Source: Candidatus Aminicenantales bacterium (GTDB lineage Bacteria; Acidobacteriota; Aminicenantia; Aminicenantales; Saccharicenantaceae). From it: a stretch of DNA of 64,000 nt. The DNA is taken from assembly GCA_049512315.1 (NCBI GenBank), contig JBEKXF010000003.1:1-64000 (forward strand), written 5' to 3'. Of the stretch, positions 36,109-45,153 are shown piece after piece. The first letter of the stretch is position 1. Every line of letters begins with the position of its first letter. The notes beneath the pieces were generated by a model that ran no database searches, had not been told where the DNA came from, and saw only the letters and a list, made by a program, of their open reading frames with translations. Made by a program: the position numbers and the translations under genes.

Positions 36109-37317
36109 TCATCGCGTGATCCTGATCACGTTGAAGATGGGCAAGTAGATGGCGAGGAGCATCCCCGCGACCACGAGCCCCATGAAGATGATCACGATCG
36201 GTTCGATCAGAGATACCAACGTATCAATTTTAACACGAATCCGGTCGTCGTAAAAGTCGGCCACGTCACTGAGCATGCCCTGGAGGTTGGCCGAGGTCTC
36301 GCCGATCCGGATCATGTCCAGGGCCAGGGGGGGGAGCGCCCCGGACTTGGCCAGCGATTCCGACAGGCCTTCGCCATTCTTGATGGAATCGGGGACACCC
36401 CCCATTGCCCGCGAGAGATGGGCGTTGGGGACCGACTGGATGGCGATGCCGATCGATTGAAGGAGGGAGATGCCCGCCTCGAGGAGGAGCCCCAGGGTCC
36501 GGCTGAAAATGGCGATGCTCGATTCGAGCCAGATCGTCTTGCCGTAGGGCACCCGGAGCTTCAGCCTGTCCAGGCGCAGCCGGAAATCCGACTTTCGTCT
36601 CTGGCTCCAAATAAGAACGGCAGCCGCGGCGAGGACGGCCGGGACGACATACCAGTGGGCGTTCACGGCCATGGAAATGGACATGATGATGCGCGTGATC
36701 CCCGGGAGCTGGGCCTGGAAATCCTGATAAAAGCTCGAGAAGCGGGGCAGGATGAAGTTGACCAGGACGCCGAAGAGAATGAAGCCGAAAATGATGAGGA
36801 GCGTCGGATAGGCCAGGGCGGACCGGATGCGGGACCGCGTCTGGGAGATGACCTTGGCATACTGGACGTAGCGGGTGATGGCCCCGGCCAAATTTCCGCT
36901 CCTCTCCCCGGCCATCAGGCTCGCCGTATAGACCGTCCCGAAATATTTTTCATACGGGAGGAACGCCTCCGAAAGGGCCCTGCCCAGCTTGACGTCGTTG
37001 ACGACCTTCGTCAGAAGCTCCTTCAGGTAGACGTTCTTGAGCCGGCCGGATATCACTTCCAGGCTTCGGAGGATCGGATAGCCGGACTTGATCAGGGCCA
37101 CCAGCTCCTGATTGAAAAGGATGAAGTCCTTTTCCTTGATCTTCCGGCCGAAACGGAGGCCCTGGGACCGGAAAGCCTTCCAGTCACGCCGGACGGAGAG
37201 GACGAGGCAACCGTCCGCCTGGAGGGATCTCCGGCATTCCTCCGCCGAAGAGGCCAGGAGGTCCCGGTTGACGATCCTTCCATCCTCGCCGGCGACCCGG
37301 CACGAGAAATTCGGCAT
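36109..37317 (-). CDS. GspF/PilC platform protein
   Basis: AGERSGNL, SALAYP, IGETSANL, IEP, YLPIF; start at ATG 37317. Confidence 0.93.
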   Translation of the reverse strand: MPNFSCRVAGEDGRIVNRDLLASSAEECRRSLQADGCLVLSVRRDWKAFRSQGLRFGRKIKEKDFILFNQELVALIKSGYPILRSLEVISGRLKNVYLKELLTKVVNDVKLGRALSEAFLPYEKYFGTVYTASLMAGERSGNLAGAITRYVQYAKVISQTRSRIRSALAYPTLLIIFGFILFGVLVNFILPRFSSFYQDFQAQLPGITRIIMSISMAVNAHWYVVPAVLAAAAVLIWSQRRKSDFRLRLDRLKLRVPYGKTIWLESSIAIFSRTLGLLLEAGISLLQSIGIAIQSVPNAHLSRAMGGVPDSIKNGEGLSESLAKSGALPPLALDMIRIGETSANLQGMLSDVADFYDDRIRVKIDTLVSLIEPIVIIFMGLVVAGMLLAIYLPIFNVIRITR

Positions 37318-37352
37318 CTTGGGAAACGCCCCTGATAACAAATTTTGTCTTT

Positions 37353-37427
37353 AATCTATTCCAGCCCATATGATTTTGTCAATCGGGGGTCCTCCTGATT
37401 GACAAAGGGGAAAGAAAGATCTATTTT
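37353..37427. promoter_or_regulatory. Back-to-back divergent sigma70 promoters with palindromic -35 elements
   Basis: Minus: TTGACA(37382-37377)-18-TAGATT. Plus: TTGACA(37399-37404)-17-TATTTT. Perfect 10-bp inverted repeat TTTGTCAATC/GATTGACAAA. Confidence 0.7.
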
Positions 37428-37434
37428 TTATAAG

Positions 37435-37656
37435 GTGAAAAAAGCTGTTGCTCTCCTCCTTGGCATTCTCACCCTGGCCACCTTCCAGGCTGCTCCTCAG
37501 GAAGTCCAGAAGCCCAAGTACGATTATATGAGCACGTTCCTCTCGAGGAGTACCCAGCCGCTGGGGCTGAAAGAGGACCCGACCATCAAGAAGCTCCTCG
37601 GCCAGGGGGCCGTCAAATGGGCCATCAGGGCCGGCTCCCGGCACCTCTTGGATTAG
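37435..37656 (+). CDS. Small secreted protein (73 aa precursor)
   Basis: GTG start; Sec signal MKKAVALLLGILTLATFQA; GC3-rich codons in the mature part; directly behind a promoter. Confidence 0.65.
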   Translation: MKKAVALLLGILTLATFQAAPQEVQKPKYDYMSTFLSRSTQPLGLKEDPTIKKLLGQGAVKWAIRAGSRHLLD

Positions 37657-37726
37657 GATATTTTTTTTATGAAGTGGATTCAATTTTTTGGATTGACGAT
37701 GGTGCGGGTCCCTCGGAGTTGAACCC

Positions 37727-40570
37727 ATGAAAAAACAGGCCGTCCTGGTCTTCGCCGTCGTTCTCGCGGTTTTCGTCCTGGGCGGGCTCAATGTCTACCG
37801 GAAGGCCACCTGGAAAGAGGTGACCGACGGCGTCGTCTGGAAACAAACCCGAAACGGCCTGACCGCCGTCAGGGTGGACCCCACGAGCGACGCCTCCCTC
37901 CGGGCGGGCATCCGGGAAGGGGACATCCTGTCCGCGATCAATAAGATCCCGATCCGGACAAAGATCGACCTCTTCAAGAACCTCTATATCGCCTCCACGT
38001 CCGATCAGGAAGTCCGGTACGAGATCAACCGCGCCGGCCAGCAGATCTACCCGCATTTCTACCCTCAGAAGAAGGGCCCGGATCTCATCTATTTCTACCT
38101 CGTTCTGGTCGGGATGACGACCCTGGTGATCAGTCTTGTCATCTTCATCAATTCGAAGATGCAGTTGACCCTGCCTTATATCTTCTTCTATCTCCTGGCC
38201 CTGTCGTTTGCGGCTTTCAACATCTTTTCGCCGACGGGGGAGTTGGACACTCTCGACCTCGTTTTCTACGGAATCGACAAGGTCGCCTTCCTGGCGTTCC
38301 CACCGCTCCTCCTCCATTTCTTCATGATCTTTCCCCTCAGGAAGAGATTCCTCAAGGACAAGACCGTCACCCTCTCCCTCATCTATTCGCCGGCCGCCAT
38401 CCTCCTTCTGGCCCGCGTCCGGCTCCACGTCCCCCTGCCAAAGGCCTGGAACGAGGTCGCGGCCCTGAAGCTCCAGGATGGTCTCGAGCGCCTGGAGCTC
38501 GTCCAGCTGGCCCTTTTCGCGCTCATCACCCTGGGGATCCTGGCCCACAGCACCTTCCGGGCACCGAGCATCCTCGTTAAGAAACAACTCCGGCTCATCG
38601 TTTACGGCCTGGCCTTCGGGATCCTGCCCTCGATGGCTTTTTATGTCATCCCCTTCATCATCGGCCGGGTCCCGTCCACGGGCGCAGAGCTCACGATCCT
38701 CCTCCAGGCGCTCGTCCCCCTGACCTTCACCTACTCCATCTCTCGCTACAAGCTCGTCGACATCGAGGTCATCCTCAAGAAGGCGGCGACCCTGATCTTT
38801 TCTTTCTTCGTCATCGCTTTTCTCTATTTCATCATCATCTCCCAGACGACGCTCATCTCGGAGAACCGCCTCAAGATCGCGGTCATGGTGGTCATCGCCA
38901 TCATCCTCGGGGCCACGCTCTTCACCCCCCTCAAGAAGCTCTTTCAGACCCTCCTCGACCGGGCCATTTATCGGAAGAGCTACGAGTACCGGAAAACGCT
39001 GATGTTCATCAGTCGGGAGCTCAGCCGGGAGCGGAACGTCCAGAAACTCGCCCAGTCGCTCCTCGAGGCGATCGCCAACGCCCTGTCCCTGAAGACTGTC
39101 GCGCTGCTTCTGGCCGATGAGAACGACCGGGCGTCCTTCGAGGTCCTGAGCTCACGGGGCTTGGAGTCCCCGCTTCCGGTCCGGATCGCCTTCGACGAGC
39201 CGATGCTTGCCCAGATGACGGGCAGGGACCATCTCTCCTCTTTCTCGCCGAGGGGTTCGAGCGCCCTCCAGGCGTCGCTGGACAGATTCGCCCGCCTGGG
39301 ATTTTTCCATTTCCTCCCCCTCAAGGTCGAGTCCAAGATCATCGGCTGCCTCATCATGGGGAAAAAGGCGGACGGCTCGTTCCTCACGAGCGAGGATTGG
39401 GAGCTGATGACGACCATCTCAGGGTCGGCGGCCCTGGCCCTCGAGAACGCCGACCTTTACAGCCGGGAGAGCGTCCGGGCCATGGAGATGCAGCGTCTCA
39501 AGGACTACAGCGAGAACATCATCGAAAGCCTGACCGTGGGGGTCGCCGTCATCGACCAGGGAGGGCTTATCATCGGCTGGAACCGAGTCCTGGAGGACCA
39601 GATCGGATTGCGGAAAGAGGCGGCCCTCCGGAAAGGCCTCGAGGAGGTCCTAGGCCCCCAAACGTACTCGGCCCTCTTCCCACAGGAAACCCAGCAGGAC
39701 TTCCGGCTCCTGAGCGAGATCACCCTCGAGATCCCCGGCGGGGGCAAGAAGATCTTCGACATCGCCAGGACTCCGCTCCTCGACAACGCCCTCCAGCCTT
39801 ACGGGACCATCATTGTCTTCGAGGACATCACGGAAAAGATCAGCCTCCAGCAGCGACTCATGACCTCGGAGAAGCTCGCTTCGATCGGCCTCCTCTCGGC
39901 CGGCGTCGCCCATGAGATCAACACCCCCCTCACCGGCATCTCGAGCTACATCCAGATGCTGCAGAAGAAGCTGACCGACACGCACTACGCCCAGCTCCTG
40001 GAAAAGGTCGAGGCCCAGACCGACCGGGTCGCCCGGATCATCAAGAACCTTTTGGCTTTCGCCCGGAACCCCTCGGACACGTCCTTCCACCGGGTCAACA
40101 TCAAGGAGAGCCTCGAGGAGATCCTGTCCCTCATCGACTACAAGCTCAAGAACATGAACATCCTCCTCGAGCTCGAGCTCAATCCGATCCCCCCCATCCA
40201 GGCCCAGGGCGAACGTTTGCAGCAGGTCTTCATCAACATCATCATCAACGCCCTCGACGCCATGCCCCAGGGCGGGACGCTCGGCATCCGGCTGACAGGA
40301 GCCGGCGACCAGGCGGTCGTCCGGATCTCGGACACCGGGACGGGGATCAAGCCCGAGCACCTGGCCCATATCTTCGACCCCTTCTTCACGACCAAGGGGA
40401 TCGGCAAGGGGACGGGCCTGGGGCTCTCGATCAGCTACGCCATCGTCAAGGAGCACGAAGGCCACATCGAGGTTGAGAGCGAGGTCGGGAAGGGCTCCGT
40501 CTTCATCATCACCCTCCCCGCGGGGGCGAACGCCCGGCAAAAACAGGAAACTCTTCCATTCAGGACATGA
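37727..40570 (+). CDS. Sensor histidine kinase: TM-PDZ-multiTM-GAF-PAS-HisKA-HATPase
   Basis: PDZ-like RAGIREGDILSAIN, about 8 further TMs, GAF (FLPLK..IIG.L..G.K), PAS, H-box GVAHEINTPL, N/G1/F/G2 boxes (DTGTGI, FDPFFTTK, GTGLGL). Confidence 0.92.
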   Translation: MKKQAVLVFAVVLAVFVLGGLNVYRKATWKEVTDGVVWKQTRNGLTAVRVDPTSDASLRAGIREGDILSAINKIPIRTKIDLFKNLYIASTSDQEVRYEINRAGQQIYPHFYPQKKGPDLIYFYLVLVGMTTLVISLVIFINSKMQLTLPYIFFYLLALSFAAFNIFSPTGELDTLDLVFYGIDKVAFLAFPPLLLHFFMIFPLRKRFLKDKTVTLSLIYSPAAILLLARVRLHVPLPKAWNEVAALKLQDGLERLELVQLALFALITLGILAHSTFRAPSILVKKQLRLIVYGLAFGILPSMAFYVIPFIIGRVPSTGAELTILLQALVPLTFTYSISRYKLVDIEVILKKAATLIFSFFVIAFLYFIIISQTTLISENRLKIAVMVVIAIILGATLFTPLKKLFQTLLDRAIYRKSYEYRKTLMFISRELSRERNVQKLAQSLLEAIANALSLKTVALLLADENDRASFEVLSSRGLESPLPVRIAFDEPMLAQMTGRDHLSSFSPRGSSALQASLDRFARLGFFHFLPLKVESKIIGCLIMGKKADGSFLTSEDWELMTTISGSAALALENADLYSRESVRAMEMQRLKDYSENIIESLTVGVAVIDQGGLIIGWNRVLEDQIGLRKEAALRKGLEEVLGPQTYSALFPQETQQDFRLLSEITLEIPGGGKKIFDIARTPLLDNALQPYGTIIVFEDITEKISLQQRLMTSEKLASIGLLSAGVAHEINTPLTGISSYIQMLQKKLTDTHYAQLLEKVEAQTDRVARIIKNLLAFARNPSDTSFHRVNIKESLEEILSLIDYKLKNMNILLELELNPIPPIQAQGERLQQVFINIIINALDAMPQGGTLGIRLTGAGDQAVVRISDTGTGIKPEHLAHIFDPFFTTKGIGKGTGLGLSISYAIVKEHEGHIEVESEVGKGSVFIITLPAGANARQKQETLPFRT

Positions 40571-40573
40571 CCC

Positions 40574-41965
40574 ATGAGCAGCAAAGGCATCATCCACGTC
40601 ATCGACGACGAGCCCGTCATTCATGACGTCCTCGGCCAACTCCTGACCTCCGAAGGCTACGAGGTCGAGATCTCCTCCTCAGGGGAGGAGGGCCTGGGAA
40701 AATACGCCCCCCAATCCTGTGACGTCGTCCTCCTGGACCTCCTCATGCCGGGGATGGACGGGATCGAGGTCCTCAAGAGGATCAAGAAGATCGACCCCGC
40801 GGCCGCCGTCATCATCCTCACCGCCTATGGGTCCGTGGAGTCCGCCATCTCGGCCATGAAGATCGGCGCCCTGGACTACGTCCAGAAACCGTTCAAGCAT
40901 GACGAGCTGCTGATGACGATCGAAAGGGCCGTGGAGCGCAGGCGGCTCCAGGAGGAGAACGTCCGGCTCAAAGATGAGCTCCGCCAGAAGTTCAGCTTCA
41001 CGAACATCATCGGCAAGGGCCCCGCCATGCAGGCCGTCTTCGACCTCGTCAAGGCGGCCGCGCCGACCCGGAGCACCATCCTCCTCCAGGGAGAAAGCGG
41101 CACGGGAAAAGAGCTCGTCGCCCGGGCCATCCACCTGAACTCCAACCGCGAGGGCGAGCCGTTCGTCATCGTCAACAGCGGCTCCCTCCCCTCCGACCTC
41201 CTCGAAAGCCACCTGTTCGGCCACGTCAAAGGGGCCTTCACGGGGGCGGTGGCCCTCAAGAAGGGGCTCTTCGAGGCGGCCGACAGGGGGACGATCTTCT
41301 TCGACGAGATTTCGTCCATTAACCTCGAGACCCAGGCCAAGCTCCTGCGGGTCATGCAGGAGCGGGAGTTCATGAGGCTCGGCGGGACCGAGACGATCAA
41401 GGTCGACGTCAGGATCATCGCCGCGACGAACACGGACATCGAGGAGATGATCGCCCAGAAGACGTTCCGGAAGGACCTCTTCTACCGCCTGAATGTCATC
41501 AAGATCGAGCTGCCGCCGCTCCGGCGGCGGAAGGAGGACATCCCCCTCCTCGTCAGGCACTTCATCGAAATCTACGCCCGGGAGAACCGCAAGGAGGTCG
41601 AGGGCGTGAGCGAGGACGTCTTCGAAATCCTCGATGCCTACGACTGGCCCGGCAACGTCCGCGAGCTCGAGAACCTCATCGAGCGAGCCGTGGTTTTCTC
41701 TCGGTCCAAGATCATCACCCGGGAGTTACTCCCCCCCTTCCTCCTGACGAAAGAGGCCCTGCCCGAAGCCTGGCCGATCTCGCCCGAGGAGTCCCTGGAC
41801 CTCCGGGAAAGGACCCAGGGCTTCCAGAAGAAGGTCATCCTGACGGCCCTCAAAAAAACCAAGGGGGTCCAGAAACAGGCCGCGAAGCTGCTCGGGGTCA
41901 AGCCGACGACCCTGAACGAAATGATCAAGAGGCTCGAGATCGACACGGAGGACGACGCGGCCTAA
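40574..41965 (+). CDS. NtrC/PilR-family sigma54-dependent response regulator
   Basis: Receiver (IDDE, LLDL.MP, KP), GESGTGKE, GAFTGA, FFDEI, WPGNVREL, C-terminal HTH. Confidence 0.95.
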   Translation: MSSKGIIHVIDDEPVIHDVLGQLLTSEGYEVEISSSGEEGLGKYAPQSCDVVLLDLLMPGMDGIEVLKRIKKIDPAAAVIILTAYGSVESAISAMKIGALDYVQKPFKHDELLMTIERAVERRRLQEENVRLKDELRQKFSFTNIIGKGPAMQAVFDLVKAAAPTRSTILLQGESGTGKELVARAIHLNSNREGEPFVIVNSGSLPSDLLESHLFGHVKGAFTGAVALKKGLFEAADRGTIFFDEISSINLETQAKLLRVMQEREFMRLGGTETIKVDVRIIAATNTDIEEMIAQKTFRKDLFYRLNVIKIELPPLRRRKEDIPLLVRHFIEIYARENRKEVEGVSEDVFEILDAYDWPGNVRELENLIERAVVFSRSKIITRELLPPFLLTKEALPEAWPISPEESLDLRERTQGFQKKVILTALKKTKGVQKQAAKLLGVKPTTLNEMIKRLEIDTEDDAA

Positions 41966-42005
41966 GCGGAAGCCGGGGGGCGCGCCGCCCGGCGGAGAAC
42001 GGGCT

Positions 42006-44666
42006 CTAGGAGAATCTCCCAGGAACAGCCCGCCGGGGATTGATCCGGACCTTGTCGACTTTCCCCGGGACCGCCAGGACGATCTCCTGGCTGGGCTGGT
42101 CGATAACCGCCATTTCGGTGTGGATCTCGCCACCGGCCGTCCATTCGATCCAGAGAGGAAAGACGAAGCGGCCCTTGACCTGGTTCACCCGGATCTTCAG
42201 CCGGCTGCCTCCAGTGACCTTCTCCTCGGACCAGGACGTCTGGACGTTCGGCAGCTCGTAGGACCGAAACCAGCCCTCGAAGAAGTCCTTGAGGTCCCGG
42301 CCCGAAACACGCTCCATGGTCGCGATGAAATTCTCGGTGCTGGCCGCCTTGAACTTGAACTTCGCGTAGAACTCCTTCAGGCCGGCGAAAAAGGCGTCGC
42401 CGCCGAGAAGGTCCTGGAGCATGAACAGGACCAGGGCCGCCTTGTCATAGATGATGGCCTGGTAAGCGTCGAAATCGAAGAAGCTCAGTCGGGACCCGAG
42501 GGAGATGGGGCCCTTGGCAGACTTCTTTTCCGTCCATTGGGAGAACTTCTTGAGGATGGCGCCATAGGCCGTCTCCCCGTACTTCTCCCGGAGATAGGAG
42601 GCCGCCGCGAACTGGGCCAGGCCTTCGCTCAGCCACTGGTCCTTGTACGTGGCGAAGGAGACGCCTTGCCCCCACCACTGGTGGGCGATCTCGTGGGCCA
42701 GGAAATACTCGTCCCAGCCCGAGAGGTTGACCGCGTTGTTCGAAGTGACCGGGTAAGGATTGTCCCCGATCCAGGGGATCTGGTTCAGGACGACGAAAGA
42801 CGCGGGGCTGTGGCCGCCGGCCACGGGGAAGAGCCTCGTGACGATGCTCAGCTTCTCATAGGGGAAGGGGCCGAAGGACCGGATGTAGTAGTTCAGGATG
42901 TCCTTGGCGTGGTCGAAGAGGGCGGGGTCGCTATCCATGATCTCCGTGGAGACAAGGGTCTCGACCGGGACCGGGTCCGTCCCTTCCTTGCGCCGGTCGA
43001 ACTTCCCGACGATGAAGGACATATATCTGATGGGCGATCTCGTCTCGAACGCATATACGGAGCTTCCCGCCTTTTCGATCTCGACGACATCGCCCATCTC
43101 GTTCCAGGCGCCCCGCTCGACCATCTCACCGTTGGCCACACACTTGTACTCGGGCGGGATGACGAGCTTCAGCCGGGCCCGGAAATAAGTCTCCTCCGGA
43201 GGCGCGGGATACCAGAATCCCGCCTGGGAGAAGAGGAAGGTTTCGAAACGGGGCCGGAAGACCAGCTTGTCCCTGGAGACGGCCTGGAAGATGACGTCCG
43301 TCGCGGGCGCGGGCGGGATCATCCGCCCCCGGTAATAGACCTCGATCCAGGTCCCCTTCGCGATCGGCGGGGCGTCGATGAAATAAACATAAAGAAATTT
43401 CCTGAGTTTGTCCTGGGTGTAGAAGAGCTCACGTTTTTCCTGGTCACAGACCTTGAGGATTTCGAAGTCCGGGTTGAACCGGAATTTGAGGGAGTCCAGG
43501 TCATCGGTCCTGGGGACGATCGAGATCCGGGCCTTGGCCGACAGATAGGATCCGGAGGGCGAGTAGCTCAGGTCGAGCTTGTACTGGTCGATATCGTACT
43601 TTTCCACGAAGCTGACATAAAGCCGTTTGGCCTTCGGCTCATTGTCTTCGCCCGGGCTATAGAGGCTGATGATCCGTTCCTTGGAGCGATCGTACAGGTT
43701 CACCTCTTCTTCCGAAAACGGGTAATAGATGTAGCTCAGCTCGCCGGCCCGCCGTCCCCTGAAATCGAAAACGGCCTCTTCTCCCTGAGGCAGGAAGGAC
43801 AGGAGCTCCTTGCCGAGGGAACTCTCGATCGTGAAGGAACGGGGATAGTTCCGGGAAAAAAGGCCGGCGGCCCGGTCCTTCTCGACCTGGGATACGGCCG
43901 GCAGCCCCTCGGCCCGGACGATCCGGATGTTGGAGGAGGCGAACGCGTCGGCGCACCGGACGAAGACGTAATCGACGTCGTCCTCCAGGAACCGCTTCTT
44001 GTAGAGGAGTTCCAGCTGGTGCTGTTCGATCGCGTCGGACGGGGAGAAGCGGACAGTCCCTTTCCCCATGATCAGAAAGGCCGTTTCGAGGCCGGGGATG
44101 TTGTCGTAAAAAATCGCGGCGTCGGAGAAAGCCAGGCGGATGTCACGGTGGCTGATGTCGACCGAGCGGACGTGCTCGGCCCGGTCCGAGGGGATCCTGA
44201 TCTTGTACAGCGTGCTGATCGTCCCCAGGATGTCCTTGCCGACGACCGACCACCGCCCGTCCCGGTCGGCCACGGAGAGTTGCCAGGTTTCGATCATCAC
44301 GGAGGTGGCGTTCTGGAAGTAAGCCTGGCAGTAGAGGCGCGTCACGACATCGTCTCCCGTTTTCTTGCCGGCCATTTTCAGTCTGACGGACTCCATCTTG
44401 AGATCGCCGAAGATGATGTTCAGCCGCTCCTCCTCGCCGGCCCGCAGGTCCGGGGCGAAAACGGCGAGATAGGAAGGGAGATCTTTTTTTTGGAGGAGGC
44501 CCTGGATCTGGGAGAAGAAGGCTTCGGGCGTCTGGGGAGGGGGCGGGGCGGTCTGCCCGGCCCCGGAAAGGAGGGCCGGAAGCCACAGCCAGAAGAGGAG
44601 TCCTCGGACGACGGTTTTTCTCACGGCCATGACCATTATATCAAAGGGGAGGAATTTGTCCTGCAT
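42006..44666 (-). CDS. Exported M1-family (gluzincin) metallopeptidase
   Basis: HEIAH-X18-E, YDKA motif, signal-like N-terminus. Start may be 44666 or 44630. Confidence 0.85.
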   Translation of the reverse strand: MQDKFLPFDIMVMAVRKTVVRGLLFWLWLPALLSGAGQTAPPPPQTPEAFFSQIQGLLQKKDLPSYLAVFAPDLRAGEEERLNIIFGDLKMESVRLKMAGKKTGDDVVTRLYCQAYFQNATSVMIETWQLSVADRDGRWSVVGKDILGTISTLYKIRIPSDRAEHVRSVDISHRDIRLAFSDAAIFYDNIPGLETAFLIMGKGTVRFSPSDAIEQHQLELLYKKRFLEDDVDYVFVRCADAFASSNIRIVRAEGLPAVSQVEKDRAAGLFSRNYPRSFTIESSLGKELLSFLPQGEEAVFDFRGRRAGELSYIYYPFSEEEVNLYDRSKERIISLYSPGEDNEPKAKRLYVSFVEKYDIDQYKLDLSYSPSGSYLSAKARISIVPRTDDLDSLKFRFNPDFEILKVCDQEKRELFYTQDKLRKFLYVYFIDAPPIAKGTWIEVYYRGRMIPPAPATDVIFQAVSRDKLVFRPRFETFLFSQAGFWYPAPPEETYFRARLKLVIPPEYKCVANGEMVERGAWNEMGDVVEIEKAGSSVYAFETRSPIRYMSFIVGKFDRRKEGTDPVPVETLVSTEIMDSDPALFDHAKDILNYYIRSFGPFPYEKLSIVTRLFPVAGGHSPASFVVLNQIPWIGDNPYPVTSNNAVNLSGWDEYFLAHEIAHQWWGQGVSFATYKDQWLSEGLAQFAAASYLREKYGETAYGAILKKFSQWTEKKSAKGPISLGSRLSFFDFDAYQAIIYDKAALVLFMLQDLLGGDAFFAGLKEFYAKFKFKAASTENFIATMERVSGRDLKDFFEGWFRSYELPNVQTSWSEEKVTGGSRLKIRVNQVKGRFVFPLWIEWTAGGEIHTEMAVIDQPSQEIVLAVPGKVDKVRINPRRAVPGRFS

Positions 44667-44695
44667 CGTTCCCTGCTCCTGCCGACAACTTAAAA

Positions 44696-44712
44696 AGCAT
44701 ATTTTATGCCAA
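44696..44712 (-). promoter_or_regulatory. Sigma54 (-24/-12) promoter
   Basis: Minus strand TTGGCATAAAATATGCT = GG-N10-GC in a TGGCA..TGCT context, 30 nt upstream of ATG 44666. Confidence 0.7.
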
Positions 44713-44788
44713 GAAGCGGGCCGGTCCCCTCTTCTGAACCAAGAGGGGGGTAAGGGTCTACGGGAAAAAAGAACGCCCTTATTTTGAC

Positions 44789-44813
44789 CGGCTGTAAAGG
44801 AGCTTTACAGCCG
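44789..44813. promoter_or_regulatory. Perfect inverted repeat; candidate enhancer site or terminator hairpin
   Basis: CGGCTGTAAAG-gag-CTTTACAGCCG, 11-bp arms. Confidence 0.5.
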
Positions 44814-44815
44814 TG

Positions 44816-45121
44816 CTACGTCTTGAGCCGCCGACCCAGGGTCTTTTCGACGTCCTCGACCTTGCCCTGGATCCTGCCCCTGGCCCGATCCCGGTCGTCG
44901 ATCGTGATATGGGTGTAGACACGGCTCGCATCCTGCCTCATCTTCCGGTGGCATTCCTTGATGAGGCCGAAGACGTCGTCCCACTCCCCCTCGACGATGG
45001 TCCCCATGGACGTCAGCTGGTAGGGAAGCCCGCTGCGGTCGATAATGTCGATGACCTTGGCCACTAACCCCGCCAGCTCTTCACCCTCCCCGATGGGCAC
45101 GACGCTGAATTCGACGATCAT
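44816..45121 (-). CDS. MTH1187/YkoF-family thiamine-binding protein
   Basis: EFSVVPIG, SGL.Y.LTSMGTIVEGEWD, RV...I.ID.R. Confidence 0.9.
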   Translation of the reverse strand: MIVEFSVVPIGEGEELAGLVAKVIDIIDRSGLPYQLTSMGTIVEGEWDDVFGLIKECHRKMRQDASRVYTHITIDDRDRARGRIQGKVEDVEKTLGRRLKT

Positions 45122-45153
45122 TGCGGCCCGCCTTTCCGGTCCAAGTCTTTGTC

